In this document: piece by piece, positions 51,521 through 64,000 of the stretch
Layout: each line of letters begins with the position of its first letter
How positions within the stretch are numbered: position 1 is the first letter of the stretch
Assembly: GCA_977030845.1 (NCBI GenBank)
Contig: OZ365109.1
Location: forward strand, 52,700,001 to 52,764,000
Length of the DNA: 64,000 nt
Direction: 5' to 3'
Source of the DNA: Fimbriosthenelais zetlandica
Lineage: Eukaryota
Notes under the pieces: generated by a model
Databases searched by the model: none
Seen by the model: only the letters and a program-made list of their open reading frames with translations
Told to the model about the DNA's origin: nothing
Made by a program: the position numbers and the translations under genes

Positions 51521-53112
51521 ATGAAATAGGAATAGATAAAAATTAAGATGTATATCTACCCGCATACATGGCGTCAGAGGCTAGAAAACTCCTGAATATT
51601 CGATAAAAGGGGCGAAAACCCTCTTTCCATAGAGTTAGCATATAGCGAGTGTTTCAGGACTATCAAGCTCACGCAGGAGCTGACATTAATTAGGCCTACA
51701 GCTCAATTAGGTCAAAATTCAACATTACAATAGATTAAAAAGTGTATCTATAATCATGCATAGAATTTGGGATATTACAATGGCTAAATATTTTATAAAT
51801 GATGCCTGAAGACTGCTATCGTTGAATTAGGACTGACTAAATGGTGTAGGCCTATAGCGTACCGTATTACAAAGAGTGTTTTGTGAGAGAAAGTACACTT
51901 AAATTGACTCAACATATGAAATAGGAATAGATAAAATGTATATCTACCCAGATACATGGTGTATGGGGCCAGGCAACTCCTGAATATTCGATAAAAGGGG
52001 CGAAACCCCTCTTTCCATAGAGTTAGCACTGAGTGTTAGTTCACGCTTCTGCCGCGGGTGGCGTCGTAGAACGGGGCGCTATCAGCTCACTCGGGAGCCA
52101 TTTCTGACATTAATTACAGTTCAATTAGGTCCAAATTCAACATGACAATAAATTAAAAGTGTATCTACAATTATATATAGAATTTAGGATATTACAATGG
52201 CTAAATATTTTTAAAATGATGCCTGAAGTTTGCTCTCGTTGAATTAGCACTGACCAAATGGTGTATATTACAAAGAGTGTTTTTTGAGAGAAAATACACT
52301 TCAATTGATTCAAAATACGAAATAGGAATGGATAAAATGTATATCTACCCAGATACATGGTGTATGAGGCCTGATAACTCCTGAATATTCGATAAACGGG
52401 GCGAAACCCCTCTTTCCATAGAGTTAGCACTGAGCGTTAGTTCACGCTTCTGCCGCGGGTGGCGTCGTAGTACGGGGCGCTATCAGCTCGCTCAGGACCC
52501 ATTTCTGACATTAATTAGAGTTCAATTAGGTCCAAATCCAACATGACAATAGATTAAAAGTGTATCTACAATTATACATAGAATTTGGGATATTGCAATG
52601 GCTAAATATTTTATAAATGATGCCGGAAGTTTGCTTTCGATGAATTAGCACTGACGAAATGGTGCATATTACAAAGAGTGTTTTCTGAGAGAAAATCCAC
52701 TTCAATGGAGTCAAAATACGAAATAGGAATAGATAGAATGTATATCTTCCCAGATACATGGTGTATTGGGCCAGGCAACTCCTGAATATTCGATAAAAAG
52801 GGGCCAAAACGCTTTTTCCATAGAGTTAGCACTGGGCATTAGTTCACGCTTCTGTCGCGGGTGGCGTCCTAGTACGGGGCACTATCAGCTCACTCAGGAG
52901 CCATTTCTGACATTAATTACAGTTCAATTAGGTCAAAATTCAACATTACAATGAATTAAAAGTGTATTTACCATCATACAGAGGATTTGGGATATAAAAA
53001 TGGCTAAATACTTTATAAATGATGCCTGAAATTTGCTCTCGTTGAATTAGCACTGACTCGATCTGTGTAAATTACAAAGTGTTTTGTGAGAGAGTTTTGT
53101 GAATACACTTTC
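51521..53112. repeat. About 400-bp tandem array, 4 diverged units
   Basis: The anchor gaaataggaat recurs near 51521, 51916, 52317 and 52718. Shared blocks include ctcctgaatattcgataaa and tttccatagagttagca. The GC core cacgcttctgccgcgggtggcgtc is present in units 2-4. Confidence 0.93.
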
Positions 53113-53968
53113 AAATATATGAGTGAGGTAGACGGAGTATCTGTCCCGGTGAGGAGGGAGGACGAGGCTTGTTTACAGGCTATGAGTGAGGCAGATGGGT
53201 ACCAGATCAACAAAAGCGAGAGTGGAGAGTGCTTGGAGGGTCTACACGAGTGCGAACCACTACGACATTTAGTTTGCTCCTTTGTTGATGGTGGCGCATT
53301 GGTAGCGGGGCCCGGCAGTATTTCCAGCACCAGTCTGAGACCTGTATACATGTACAGTTCTATATACACTGTAGATCTATAAATTTAACATTAAAGCATA
53401 TGCCATGGGATAAATAGGCCAATGAATAGGCCTAGGCCTATTTTATCTAGGGGAACGACAATTATAATTGCAGGTGGTGGAATTGTTTGAATAAGGCCTA
53501 GGCTAATTTTGTGGGCAATAGGCCCTATGGATGAAATACAGTGAATATGATTGCCAAATATATTCATCAGATAGTAGAGTGAATACTAGTGAGTAGTCCA
53601 GTGAATACTTTTGTAGAGCCTAAGTAGAGCCTAAGTGCACAGGTGCTAGAATCTAAGTGCACAGGTGCTAGAGATTGATTTAAAAAAGAAAACATCTTCC
53701 TCTTTCTGACCTAAATTGCTGAGAACAAAATGATTGCGCATTATACATGTACGTAGCTTTTCCGGGCGTAAACTTAAACAGAAGCTTTTCTGCCTTAATT
53801 ACTTCTTTATTTTAAACAAAAAATGGGCTACATTTACTAGCCGACACATTTACAAACAGTTTTAACATTAGGTTATTAATTAATCATATTATAGTTAGTC
53901 TATGTTCTCGCATCTAATTAGAAAAGCCTATAGATGGACCTAGTCCTCTAGAACTAATTTCCAGCTCC

Positions 53969-56900
53969 TTATTGTATGGTGGGTATGTTTCCGTACTCAG
54001 CAGACGGTGAAGACGTTGTCGGTATAGGGTCATAATGACATTCGGCGATTTCATTATTGTTGTCATCGTCTGCACCATATTTTGGATGCAGCCTCGATTC
54101 AGGATCATTGGGAGTAAGAAAGCCATGTTCATCAATGTATTTTTGTCCAAGAGATTGAGTACTGCGTCTCTGACACAATTCATTGAGTCGCTCAGTAGAA
54201 TGGGCGCTTAATGGCACCTTTGGGTATAAAAAGAAGTCTTTTGGTGCCCTCTCTATTTCCAGTGCTTTTTTGTAGCCCTCAGCTAGGGTTTGTAAGAAGA
54301 TATCATCCGAGAGCCAATGCATTATTACAGTAATAAGCAGAAGAATTGTCAAAACGGATGCCCAGCCGATCATTATGATCACAATTTCTTTTCTCATCAA
54401 AATACGATCTAAGCTCTCAGGTCCCGATAATGCCCCCGTGTCAGGATCTATTGAAATAAACACACATAGAATAAAATTGGTTATGTTCGCGAAATGTTCT
54501 GCGTCTTCATTGCCATGAATATTGTTTAATAACATAAAAAGTGTTTTCTTACTTATTTTAAATCCCGGCGGGAGATTCAAACAGACGTAACTGCCATACG
54601 TATTCGCACATACTTTATTCTCACGACAGACAGAATGATCACCCATGTCGCAGCATTCATCATAATCTATAAAATAATTATGTAATTTTATTAGACTGTA
54701 ACAATATCTATATATCTATAGCATCCATATAATATTTTGTAGCAGAATCATATCGATTTATGGATTGCTATGTAGCCTACATAAGATTTGAAATGCCTAT
54801 ATGTATGTAGGCCCTACTAATTAATATTTTGAATGTAATAGACTCACCAATGCATGTCAGTTTGTCTTTACTCAAGGTGAATCCAAGTTTGCAGGCACAT
54901 GCTTTACTTCCATCTTTATTCTGACAGATTTGTTCACAACCACCATTGTTGGTCAGACATTCATCAATATCTAGGAGTAGTGAATAACATAGAAATAGAT
55001 TTCATCATAAAATTCTATTAAATTGTATCTAATAATCAGATTAAATGACATGTGATTGCCATTATTAGTGATTATTATTATTAGTACAGTGGTTTTATGC
55101 CATGCCAGCTTCTAGGGCTATAATCATGGCATAAAGTTCTATAATATATACCGTAATATTCTGAATGAAATCATTTTTTTTAAATCCAAACCTTGGCAAC
55201 TATATCCATCTGTTCTCAATTCATAACCTGTGTCACATCGGCATTTACCCATAGAACATTGCTGTTGACAAATATTTGCAACATCACAGGTATCTTTGGC
55301 TGTAAAAGATAACATTTTTTCTTATCATGACATGAGGACCATATTGTGGGACCGTCAAAGTAACTAAAACCATCAAATTCAAATTATCTAACAATTGTTT
55401 TTTTTAATACCAATTTATTCGTAGTAATTACTTGCCTTTGGGAAGTGAACCAGCTACTCCCGGTGGACCAGAATCACCTGTAAAGCCTACAGCACCTTGT
55501 TGCCCAGACAGTCCACGACTACCTTGTGGTCCTGGCGGTCCAATAACTCCCTGCACCCCAGCGACACCTTGCGGGCCTCCTTCCCCGCCCTGCCCTCTAG
55601 CGCCACTTAAACCAAGTACCCCCTCCGAACCTCTTCTTCCTGGCACACCTGTGTCACCAGAAGGCCCAGGAGGCCCTGGAAACCCCCGTGTTCCCTCCAG
55701 ACCTTGAAGACCTTGAAGGCCTGGTTCACCTTCTCGTCCTCGCGGACCCTGAACACCAGTGGACCCGAGCTCACCTGTTTCTCCTCCCGTACCTGGTAAT
55801 CCCAGGTAACCTGGAAGACCAACTCTTGCAATTCCAGGTGCGCCTTGATGACCCTGACGTTATATAAAACAACAGTTTTAAAAACCTATATACTGCAGGT
55901 TAAAAGGTCAACTCATTTGCAAATAATACAGGCCAATTAGGAACGTACCTGAGCACCGGCAGATCCTATATCTCCCATGACACCTGGTAAGCCGACCGGT
56001 CCTTCCACACCTCCAACACCAGTATCGCCATGGGTCCCCTTAGCACCTGTAGGCCCTACCTGATCTGTTGAGGAAAAATGAGAATGTAATTACGAAATTC
56101 CAAAATTAAACATTCTTGAAAATAAAGTAATCCAGAGGGAAATGGTGAAATGATACATTGTCCCATACCTTGATGCAGCCAGAGAATGTCATATATCCTA
56201 TCAGTCATCTTTTCACTGATTCCAAGATTTCTGGTTCCATCCCCAAAGGGATCCAAGTCATCGAAATTCTCAACTTGGAAGATATTATTACGTCCAGTCT
56301 CCCGACCTGTGAGACCATCCAGGTAACCTCGGTCCACACCTTGTCCAATACCCACAGCTAGAATAGTGATCCCACTGAGGCGCGCCTTGCTGGCTTCAGG
56401 GAAGGTGCTGGGGGCATCAACATTAGCTCTACCGTCAGTGATAATGATTCCTATATTCTCTACTGATGGCCGGTTGTTAGGGTTGTATGGAGAAAATACT
56501 TGAGACATGACGCGAAGTGCGCCACTCGTGTTGGTATTTCCACCAATGTAAGGGAGTTCCTCTATACTCTGCACAAGCGATTTCTGGAGAAAATTAAACC
56601 ATTCATGTAGGCGGATGTCATTACAAATATAAGAAAAGTGCACCCCGCCATAAAACCCCCTGGAAATAATCAGGGGTGGATCCAGAATTTGGGGAAGGAA
56701 TCAGCCCTGTGTAGGTGGCAGACATGTATATGTGGTCCAGAAAGAAATATGGTTTAACCAACAAAAAACGTCGTTTCTGAAAGGGAACGAGCCCTGAAAT
56801 AAACTTATAATTCTAGGTATGCTAAAAAATCTGATCTATCATTTTTAGTAACAATTTATATATACCAGATCCATGTAAGGCGATAACGGCATGCTGTTGA

Positions 56901-59477
56901 CAGCGCTCTTGCTGAATGTTATCACCCCAATATGGTGTTCATGCGTGGCCTTGTTCAGATGAAGGCTTCTGATTATGGAGCCGACAAAATCTAACGTTTT
57001 ATACCAGCTGCTTTTCTGAACACTTGTAGAGGCGTCCAATAAAAACACGATATCAGCTCCAATATCTGCATAATCTGTACAGGGAAAGTGATAGTAAAAA
57101 AATCAATACAATATGTCACATACATATGAATTAATAATATGATTATGCAACAGGACAATGTGCATGGCATGGATCAGTTTGTGTCAACGTACCCCACTTT
57201 AGAGACATGCATTTATAACATACGTTATTCTAAACTATTTTTTAAATATTGACAACATGAGTAAAGAGACAGGTCCCCACTTCAATCCGACCGCTATACT
57301 ATAATGTTCAATCTATATAGACAGTCATATTGGACAGGCATATCGGGCTCTGTATTAGGCCTATCCTATTATTAATTTAGAAATAATGTTAAATGTATAG
57401 TATAACATTTTACGCGGTGGTTAGCGTACTATATTATTGGTGCTCAACTCACCTCGACATTCTTCACCAGGGATACCGCCTGGACATAGACATTGGTGTC
57501 CGGGGCCGTAATTCATACACACCCGTTTGCGACTGCATAATACATCATTGCACGGGTCTTCACCAAAAACACATTAAGTATATATACATAGGGAACATTA
57601 CGTCATTTAGAAATCTTCCTGTGAGGTAATTATCATGGCATCATCTCATGTAATATCGATGGAGCGATATAATTATATCGGTAGGATGATTTAAATAGGC
57701 CTAGGTCTAAAATTAGGCCTACATTTGGGCGCTATTAAAAATTAATTTTCCGATATAATTAAAAGAAAGTAAATTAGGCCTATATAATAATTATATGATA
57801 GCCGCCTGCTTAGCTTACCTGATGTTATATAGGAACACAAATCATCCAAAAGTCTCGGGGTTTTGTCTTTTAGTCTGCTGCGATCATTAACCGTATATAC
57901 ATGTCTTTTGTTAAAGTCAGTGCTGATGGTGCGTAGATAGCCGGTGTTAATCTGACCATAAGGGATACCTACACCTAAAATTAATTAAACTTGTAACAAT
58001 TAATTTCACGTAAAATAATTACATACACATGTACCGGTATAGAAAAATACCAACGGGGAATTGTTTTTAGATTCTGTGAAATATAATTATATCTGCCAAG
58101 CCCTATTATGAAAGTTTTGGTAGATATGCAATTTGATACTGTAATACGTTATAGGCCTACCAATAGAAAAAATGTATAATAATCACCTATGATAAAGACA
58201 AAGATGCCAGACTTAATGGCACGGTTCGCCTCAAGCGCAAGTAATTCAGTATTAGAGGAGGATCCTCCACTGATCAAAATGATCAATGCTCTTTTTCTGA
58301 AAATATAATATGTACTCGTTTAGGTGACTCAAGTCTTGTCTTCGAAACATTTTTTACTAAGAATTGAAAATTCTCTACTAATAATTCATAAAGTACTAAA
58401 ATACATGTATTGTAATACCCTCACCTTGTTGTGTGCAATGGTCCAAAAGCCTCAGTTCGGGCGGTCTTTAGTAAACCAGGGACATTAGTTTCACCGTCTA
58501 CTTGGACGTAGTTAATTAAATGGAGATAATTCAAAAGATTTGATTTATTGAAACCATTTTCCAGTGGAATCTCAATCGTGGCGCTGCTTCCAAAGGTTAC
58601 CAGGGAAACCCTGGCCGAGTTATTTCCTACATCTAGATGATCGGTAATGGAGAGAATTAAGCCAACGAGTGCTGGCCAATTCTTAGAAGTGCCTGCCGCT
58701 GAAACTTCGATGGCGAAAACCAAGTCCAAACTCGAATAGTCACATTCACCAGGAGCTGTAGACAATCACAAAAATGTTACATGGTATCAAAAAACTGCTC
58801 TTGAAATTACAAAGGATTTTTTTGGGGGGTTCCTGATTAGCTATATGTAAAGAACGAATCATCCGTTTAATCATATCTCACGGAATTAATTCTAATTTTG
58901 ATCATTCTAACATTCCAGTACCACAAGACACACTTACTTCCATTATCACTACAAGAAAATCTTCCCGAGGGACAGGGGCACATTTGACTGTCATTCCGAG
59001 CATTGTTACATGCGTACATGTAGGGACAGGGCCCATCAATGCAGCGTATTGCTAATATAAAAATGAAATAAAGTTATACAAATTCAAATATATAAGACTA
59101 TTTTTATAATTAATGAGTTAAAATATTTTCTTTTCCAAGATCACAAACTTCGGATTAAGATATTCATACATCTCGGGTGGATAAAAAAAATTCAGATTTA
59201 TTAATATACTTACATGTAACGTTAACCCTAGAAATAGATGACACCAATAAGATAATGATTGGAGCCACTGGAAAATATCAATTTTATTAATAGTTCGTGT
59301 ATTTAGTACATGTATAAGCTATGACTATGATATGCATGGGTTTAGGAGTTCAAAGGAGAAAACATTCATGTACTTGTGAAACTTCATAATCTCCAGAATT
59401 CTAAAAGTTCGGAGGCCTAAACATGCATGTTTCAGTTGATTTAGAATTCATGTTTCAAGTAATCACTTACCTCTCAT
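53969..59477 (-). CDS. Type I transmembrane protein: signal peptide, EGF-like, VWA, EGF, VWA, collagen, 3 EGF, TM, cytoplasmic tail
   Basis: Exons 59471-59477 and 59214-59267 give MRVAPIIILLVSSISRVNVTS. These are followed by a Cys-rich exon (about 58938-59051), VWA1 (LDLVFAIEVS...RVSLVTFGS, about 57820-58755) and an EGF exon (about 57455-57557). VWA2 has MIDAS DASTS and IIITDG (about 56170-57080). Gly-X-Y exons lie at about 55435-56050, then EGF exons including DIDECLTNNGGCEQICQN, the TM segment IVIIMIGWASVLTILLLITVI and a tail ending PTIQ*. Confidence 0.8.
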
Positions 59478-61030
59478 TTTGCCTTCTCCAAATTTCCAAG
59501 GTTAGGCTATCTGGCCTGTGGGAACTGTGGGTTAGTATTGACCTACCTGAAATGAATTATAATAGTTTGCAGAAGGCAAGCTACCAGTTCCGCTCTTAAC
59601 TACTATTGATTGCTATAATACATGTACGTGTAATACCCAGTTGAGCGCCAATCCAAAAAGCGCCCAAATCTATTGCGATAGGCCCACAAATAGATTGCCC
59701 CATCAATAATTTGTAGGCTAAATCAAAATGTCCGTAGCTGTTTTAGGAATTCGACGCATATTAAGATTGGGCCTAATCAGTTATAAAAGAGAACAGGCCT
59801 ACCAGTAGGCCTAATATTAAAAACATAATTTTTATTTTATAGGGCCTATAGTGTAATCTGTTCAAAACCCTAACTAACCGCCTGATTGTTTCCTGGCCAT
59901 ATAGGGCCTACCCTAATAATTTGCTATTCCGGTTCTCGGTAGGCCTAACCTACACCAAAATAATAGGGCCTATAGAAAAAACCTTGATATTTCACTACAT
60001 TTCAAAGCACAGAATATAGGCCTAGATCATTTTTCACAATTTATTCCATGATGGAAACGTTTCTCGAAAGGAAATGTATGCAGAAATCCCTTCCCTTTTA
60101 GCGCGGGAAGGAGTAATTCCAGTTAGTGCTACTTGAGGACGCCACCAGATCGACGCCAGAAAAGTGGCAGGTGCGCGAAGCTAACCACATTCTCGCTCTT
60201 TTTCAAGGAGAAAAATCTCAATTATCAGACAAGGTGCACATAAAGCGCCCAGTGAAATATATTTTTATGGATTTACAAGGTGGAGTAATACAAATTTAAC
60301 GTCTGGAAATGGGTGACAAAGTTGTAAACAACCACGTTTCTCCTGTCCCAGATACGCAACTAAAGGTGGAGTAAATCTGACGAGCACAGCCAATCAGAGA
60401 AGACCAGTGTTTACCTCTTGTTTTTGTACTCCTGTGGAGGCCTGAGAAAAGCAGACTTACAACTCTAAACTCACTGTTTTAACGTTTAGAAAATATTTCA
60501 AAACACAAGATATAATGTGACCCTAACAGTTGAGATATACCTATAGACGCTGGTGTCGGAATATATTGGATTTATTCTGCAATTGAGTGGTTGTTTCCGC
60601 GAGGGCCGATCTCGGGATTTGAAGTTCAAGTACTCCAAGGCCAAGTTGGCGTGAGCACGTTTGTGGCAATTTTCTCTGGATTTTGTGTTTTGCGGTCGTG
60701 AATTGGACAACCTGGCGTATCATTAACTTTTTGTGAGATACCATTGTGGGGAGCAGGGTTGTTATGATCGTCCACTCTTCCATAAGGGAGGTCGGGAGAG
60801 TATGGAAATGCCTTGAAGAAATTGTATCGGCAGAAGCAGCGTGAATGAAAGCGAGTGGAATGGTGTCAGGGAGGAGGCGGAGAAGGTGGAGGAGGTGGGA
60901 GCTGTCTGCTTCACATACACCAGACTGGGCCAGCTTTAATATAACCAGTCTTCATGGAGGAGCTGGCTTACAACCCGCAAAACAATGCAAAGCAAAGAAT
61001 CCCTTTCTTATTGGAGTACACTCTAATGGC

Positions 61031-61136
61031 ATGGCAAAAATGATCTTATGGATAACTTGGCTTAGCATTACCGGTACATTGTGTTCTGCCTCTTCGTCCA
61101 CTGTTCCCACAGAGGGTCCAAAACGTCAGGAAGTTG
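61031..61136 (+). CDS. Probable first coding exon of a secreted or membrane protein (rest not identified in window)
   Basis: MAKMILWITWLSITGTLCSASSSTVPTEGPKRQEV resembles a signal peptide and ends at the donor ttg|gtaagc. A CCAAT box and GC-rich leader lie upstream (about 60100-61000). Confidence 0.35.
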
Positions 61137-64000
61137 GTAAGCAAAGATTTTTTTCGATGTAAACTTTTGTGTAATCAATTATGTTTTGGTTCAGATGAAT
61201 TTCAATTTAATTTGCCCAAGGTTCAAGGTCTAGTAACAAGACAAAATCGAGATCTATGGGATAGATTTCACTAGAAAGTTTCCCCTAAGGTAATTGAATG
61301 TTCTATATTATTTATATAACATCATTACCGTATAGTTTTCATTACATACCGGTATTTTTAATAGGCTAACGTTACTTGTAGGCCTAACCGGATGTTTTAT
61401 TGTTCCTATGTGACGTGTAATATCGTAATAATATCACACCTGCTCATATAATTATGTGTTACTCCAACAACACTACCGGACAATATGCACAGCACAATGC
61501 TGTTAACATTTAAGTCATGTTTCAGAAGACTAGAACTTACTAGAAGTAATATTATTAGGCATGATTTTCATTCTATAATTGGATCTGATCATGTATACCT
61601 GGTACATCTTCCAAGGTGTGGTTTTGAGGTGTGCTGCTATATTATTATCATGCCTATAAGTAACTTGCTTATTATCTAGAATATTGCTATTAATGACATC
61701 CTATTTCAGGTACCGTTTTTGGTGTGATATAAATTTATAGATATTATGTTCAGGTAACCCCAGCCCCACACCTACCACTTATGGACGATTTCAATGGGAT
61801 GCAGAAGCTACTCTAAATATGCCTATTTTATTGAGGCGACTACTGAATGTGTATTGAATGTGTATTGAAGAAGGCTACACATGCTGTGCACAAATTGTGT
61901 ATTGTAAAAAATTCATTTATTTGGGAATATTGATTGCAATTTGTTTTTATAAAGCCTTCCTGGGGCATAAAGATTCTCCATTTTCTTCATGAAATTCTAA
62001 ATTGATTGAAACTATAATTCATACTTTTTAACCCAAAAAACCTACATCATTTCTCTTTTGAATCTTTCATCCTGTCTCTCATGTTTTGGTGTCATGTGTT
62101 TTCCTATTGACATTTCGATAACACTGACAGTGAATTGGAACTAACGTTAGATATCTGGCTTTCATGTCAATGTGGCAGCTTTAAAAATCAATATTTAGTC
62201 ATCAATAGCATTGTCCTTTTAGGCCTGATCATGTTCAAGTCCTGTTTCTATCAGTAAACTCTAAAGATTGTATTCATACCAACTGGGATTAGGGTACGGT
62301 AGCTTTGTCTGTTCATTAGACCATATATGTGGGTCAGCCAATGGCGGATCATGACTTGTTTATAGTGCAGCTAATAATGTAGACTATATGCTCTATTCAG
62401 TAGCTCTGGCTGAGTAACCTTGCACAAGGCAGGCGGCCAGTGGCAATCCGTGTGTCAACGGTAAACTGCTTGCATGAATGAGACTTGCCGTGAGGGGATC
62501 ACATGAATAAACGGTTTGCCGTGAGATCTAAAACAAACCTAGGGTTAGCTATAAGTATGTCTGGTTTACTTAGATTTCCAACTGGCGCTTGGCAGGTGTT
62601 GCTGCATTGCTGTGAGGTATGGGACTATTGGGTGAGAGGCAAGCCAAACAAGGCCATCAAGTAGAAGATAGAATGTCTATTGATTCCACACATTGGGACT
62701 GCCTGCTTATTTTGAAGCTATGATGGAAGAGTGACACACTAGCTAAGTGCTGTGGAAAAGTCAACTCTTTGTAAACAATTTTCCCCTCTTCCTCCTTCTC
62801 GTCTTCTCTTGCTGTATGGCTGCATTGCACAAAAATGCTTTATAGCCTTTGGTTGTACAATGGTCTGTATGAAGGTGGAGCATCAGGAAGGAGTGTAACT
62901 GTTCCTCACTAATGTATCAAAGTACAGCGAGGACGGACCATGATAAGATCAGTTAGGACATGGAGATATATACCAACATATCGATATACTGTATCTATGT
63001 CTAGAACCTCTTACCATGTAATATGAACATAAGCTCCTACCTTCACTGACAGGTGGAATGGACAAAAAATACCCCTTGCTCCATCTACCCCATCATTCTC
63101 CTTCTCTCTGTGCTCTCTCTTCATCCATTTTGAACATTCCTCGCCACTCCCGTTCTTTCCTTCCTGTTTTCTATACCTTTTCCTTCTCCAATCGTTACCC
63201 TTCCTGTTACTGCCACCCTTGCGCCCCTCCCCTTCGTTCTTTTCTTTTCTACACCCCGCCTCACATTCCTTTTTATACATTTTCAGTACGGTACATACCA
63301 ATTGCACACACAACACATTTAGTTAATCTAGGCGGGGCAGGTAATTCACTAGCTCGCCCCATGTGGCATTAGATTCCTCTAATTGTCTAATGTTGTCATT
63401 GTGATAATTTGCACTATTGCTCGAGCAGAAAGCTCTCCTCCACCGAGCTCTGTCGACAACACATCCGGTGTTAAGAGAGAGGCAGAAGTGAAAAAAGAAT
63501 AGACAGAAATCAAAACAAAACAAAAAACAGAATTCTCGTCAGTGAGTTGCAGGAATACCACGATCTGTTCTGTTGGCTGATTTTTTTCGCCTCTCTCCCT
63601 CCCTTCTCTCTCCAGACAAGTCAGAGTTTTTTTTTTGCCTCAGCACCGTGCGACTTAAGCAAAATCACACTTGCTTGCTTAACATTCATGATGATAATGC
63701 TTAAAACATCAGTATTAACCGACTCTAATCAGTTGTGCCTGCTCTAATTATAGAAAGTGCTTGCCTTTCACTTTTTCTGATTCAAAAGAAATATTCACCC
63801 AATTTCCAGTTGAAAACTCGTGTGAAATTATTCAGTTCTCCAAATGGAACTAAAAGTATTTCTCAGCAAATTAATATTGCCTCTTTGTCGAAACTTTCTG
63901 AGGGACAAGTTGAGTTTTTGAGAAAAATGTCAGGGTGACAATGATGTGAATTTTTTTACCCTAGCTTATTTGGGCTTTTCTGCATACCATTGTGATTCAG

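Noticed and set aside
53086-53382. 98-aa plus-strand ORF directly after the 400-bp array
   Set aside because: GC-richer than its flanks, but it has no recognisable motif or splice context and starts within the repeat, so I cannot support it as a gene.
55607-55855. Apparent frameshift in the collagen exon suggested by the ORF track
   Set aside because: Base-by-base reading gives a continuous Gly-X-Y frame (GTRGFPGPPGPSGDT). The listed ORFs are alternative frames or late starts.
63011-63372. Overlapping about 100-aa ORFs on both strands
   Set aside because: A low-complexity pyrimidine/purine tract giving biased translations, with no gene support.

Overview
Intron-rich animal (invertebrate-like) genomic DNA, not prokaryotic. 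Gene order: a complete 6.2-kb P-superfamily DNA transposon with a spliced THAP transposase, 41-bp TIRs and a 7-bp TSD, inserted 16 bp upstream of the ATG of a CCDC122-like gene (+); an unidentified minus-strand coding exon; a Gal3ST-family sulfotransferase (+); BLM RecQ helicase (-, about 26 kb, with a 12.5-kb intron) head-to-head with RPL36 (+); intronless FEM1B (-); a type I membrane protein with EGF-VWA-EGF-VWA-collagen-EGFx3-TM architecture (-); and a probable signal-peptide first exon (+) near the end. Repeats include two near-identical inverted 2.2-kb Helentron/DINE-1-like elements bracketing the BLM 5' half, RPL36 and FEM1B; a 36-bp P-type micro-element with a 7-bp TSD; 32-, 45-, 158- and 400-bp tandem arrays; a tRNA-derived fragment; and a cluster of nine AGCACC-N4-GGTRCY quasi-palindromes in the large BLM intron. 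All exon models and family assignments were made by eye without database searches, so coordinates of internal exons may be off by a few bases.
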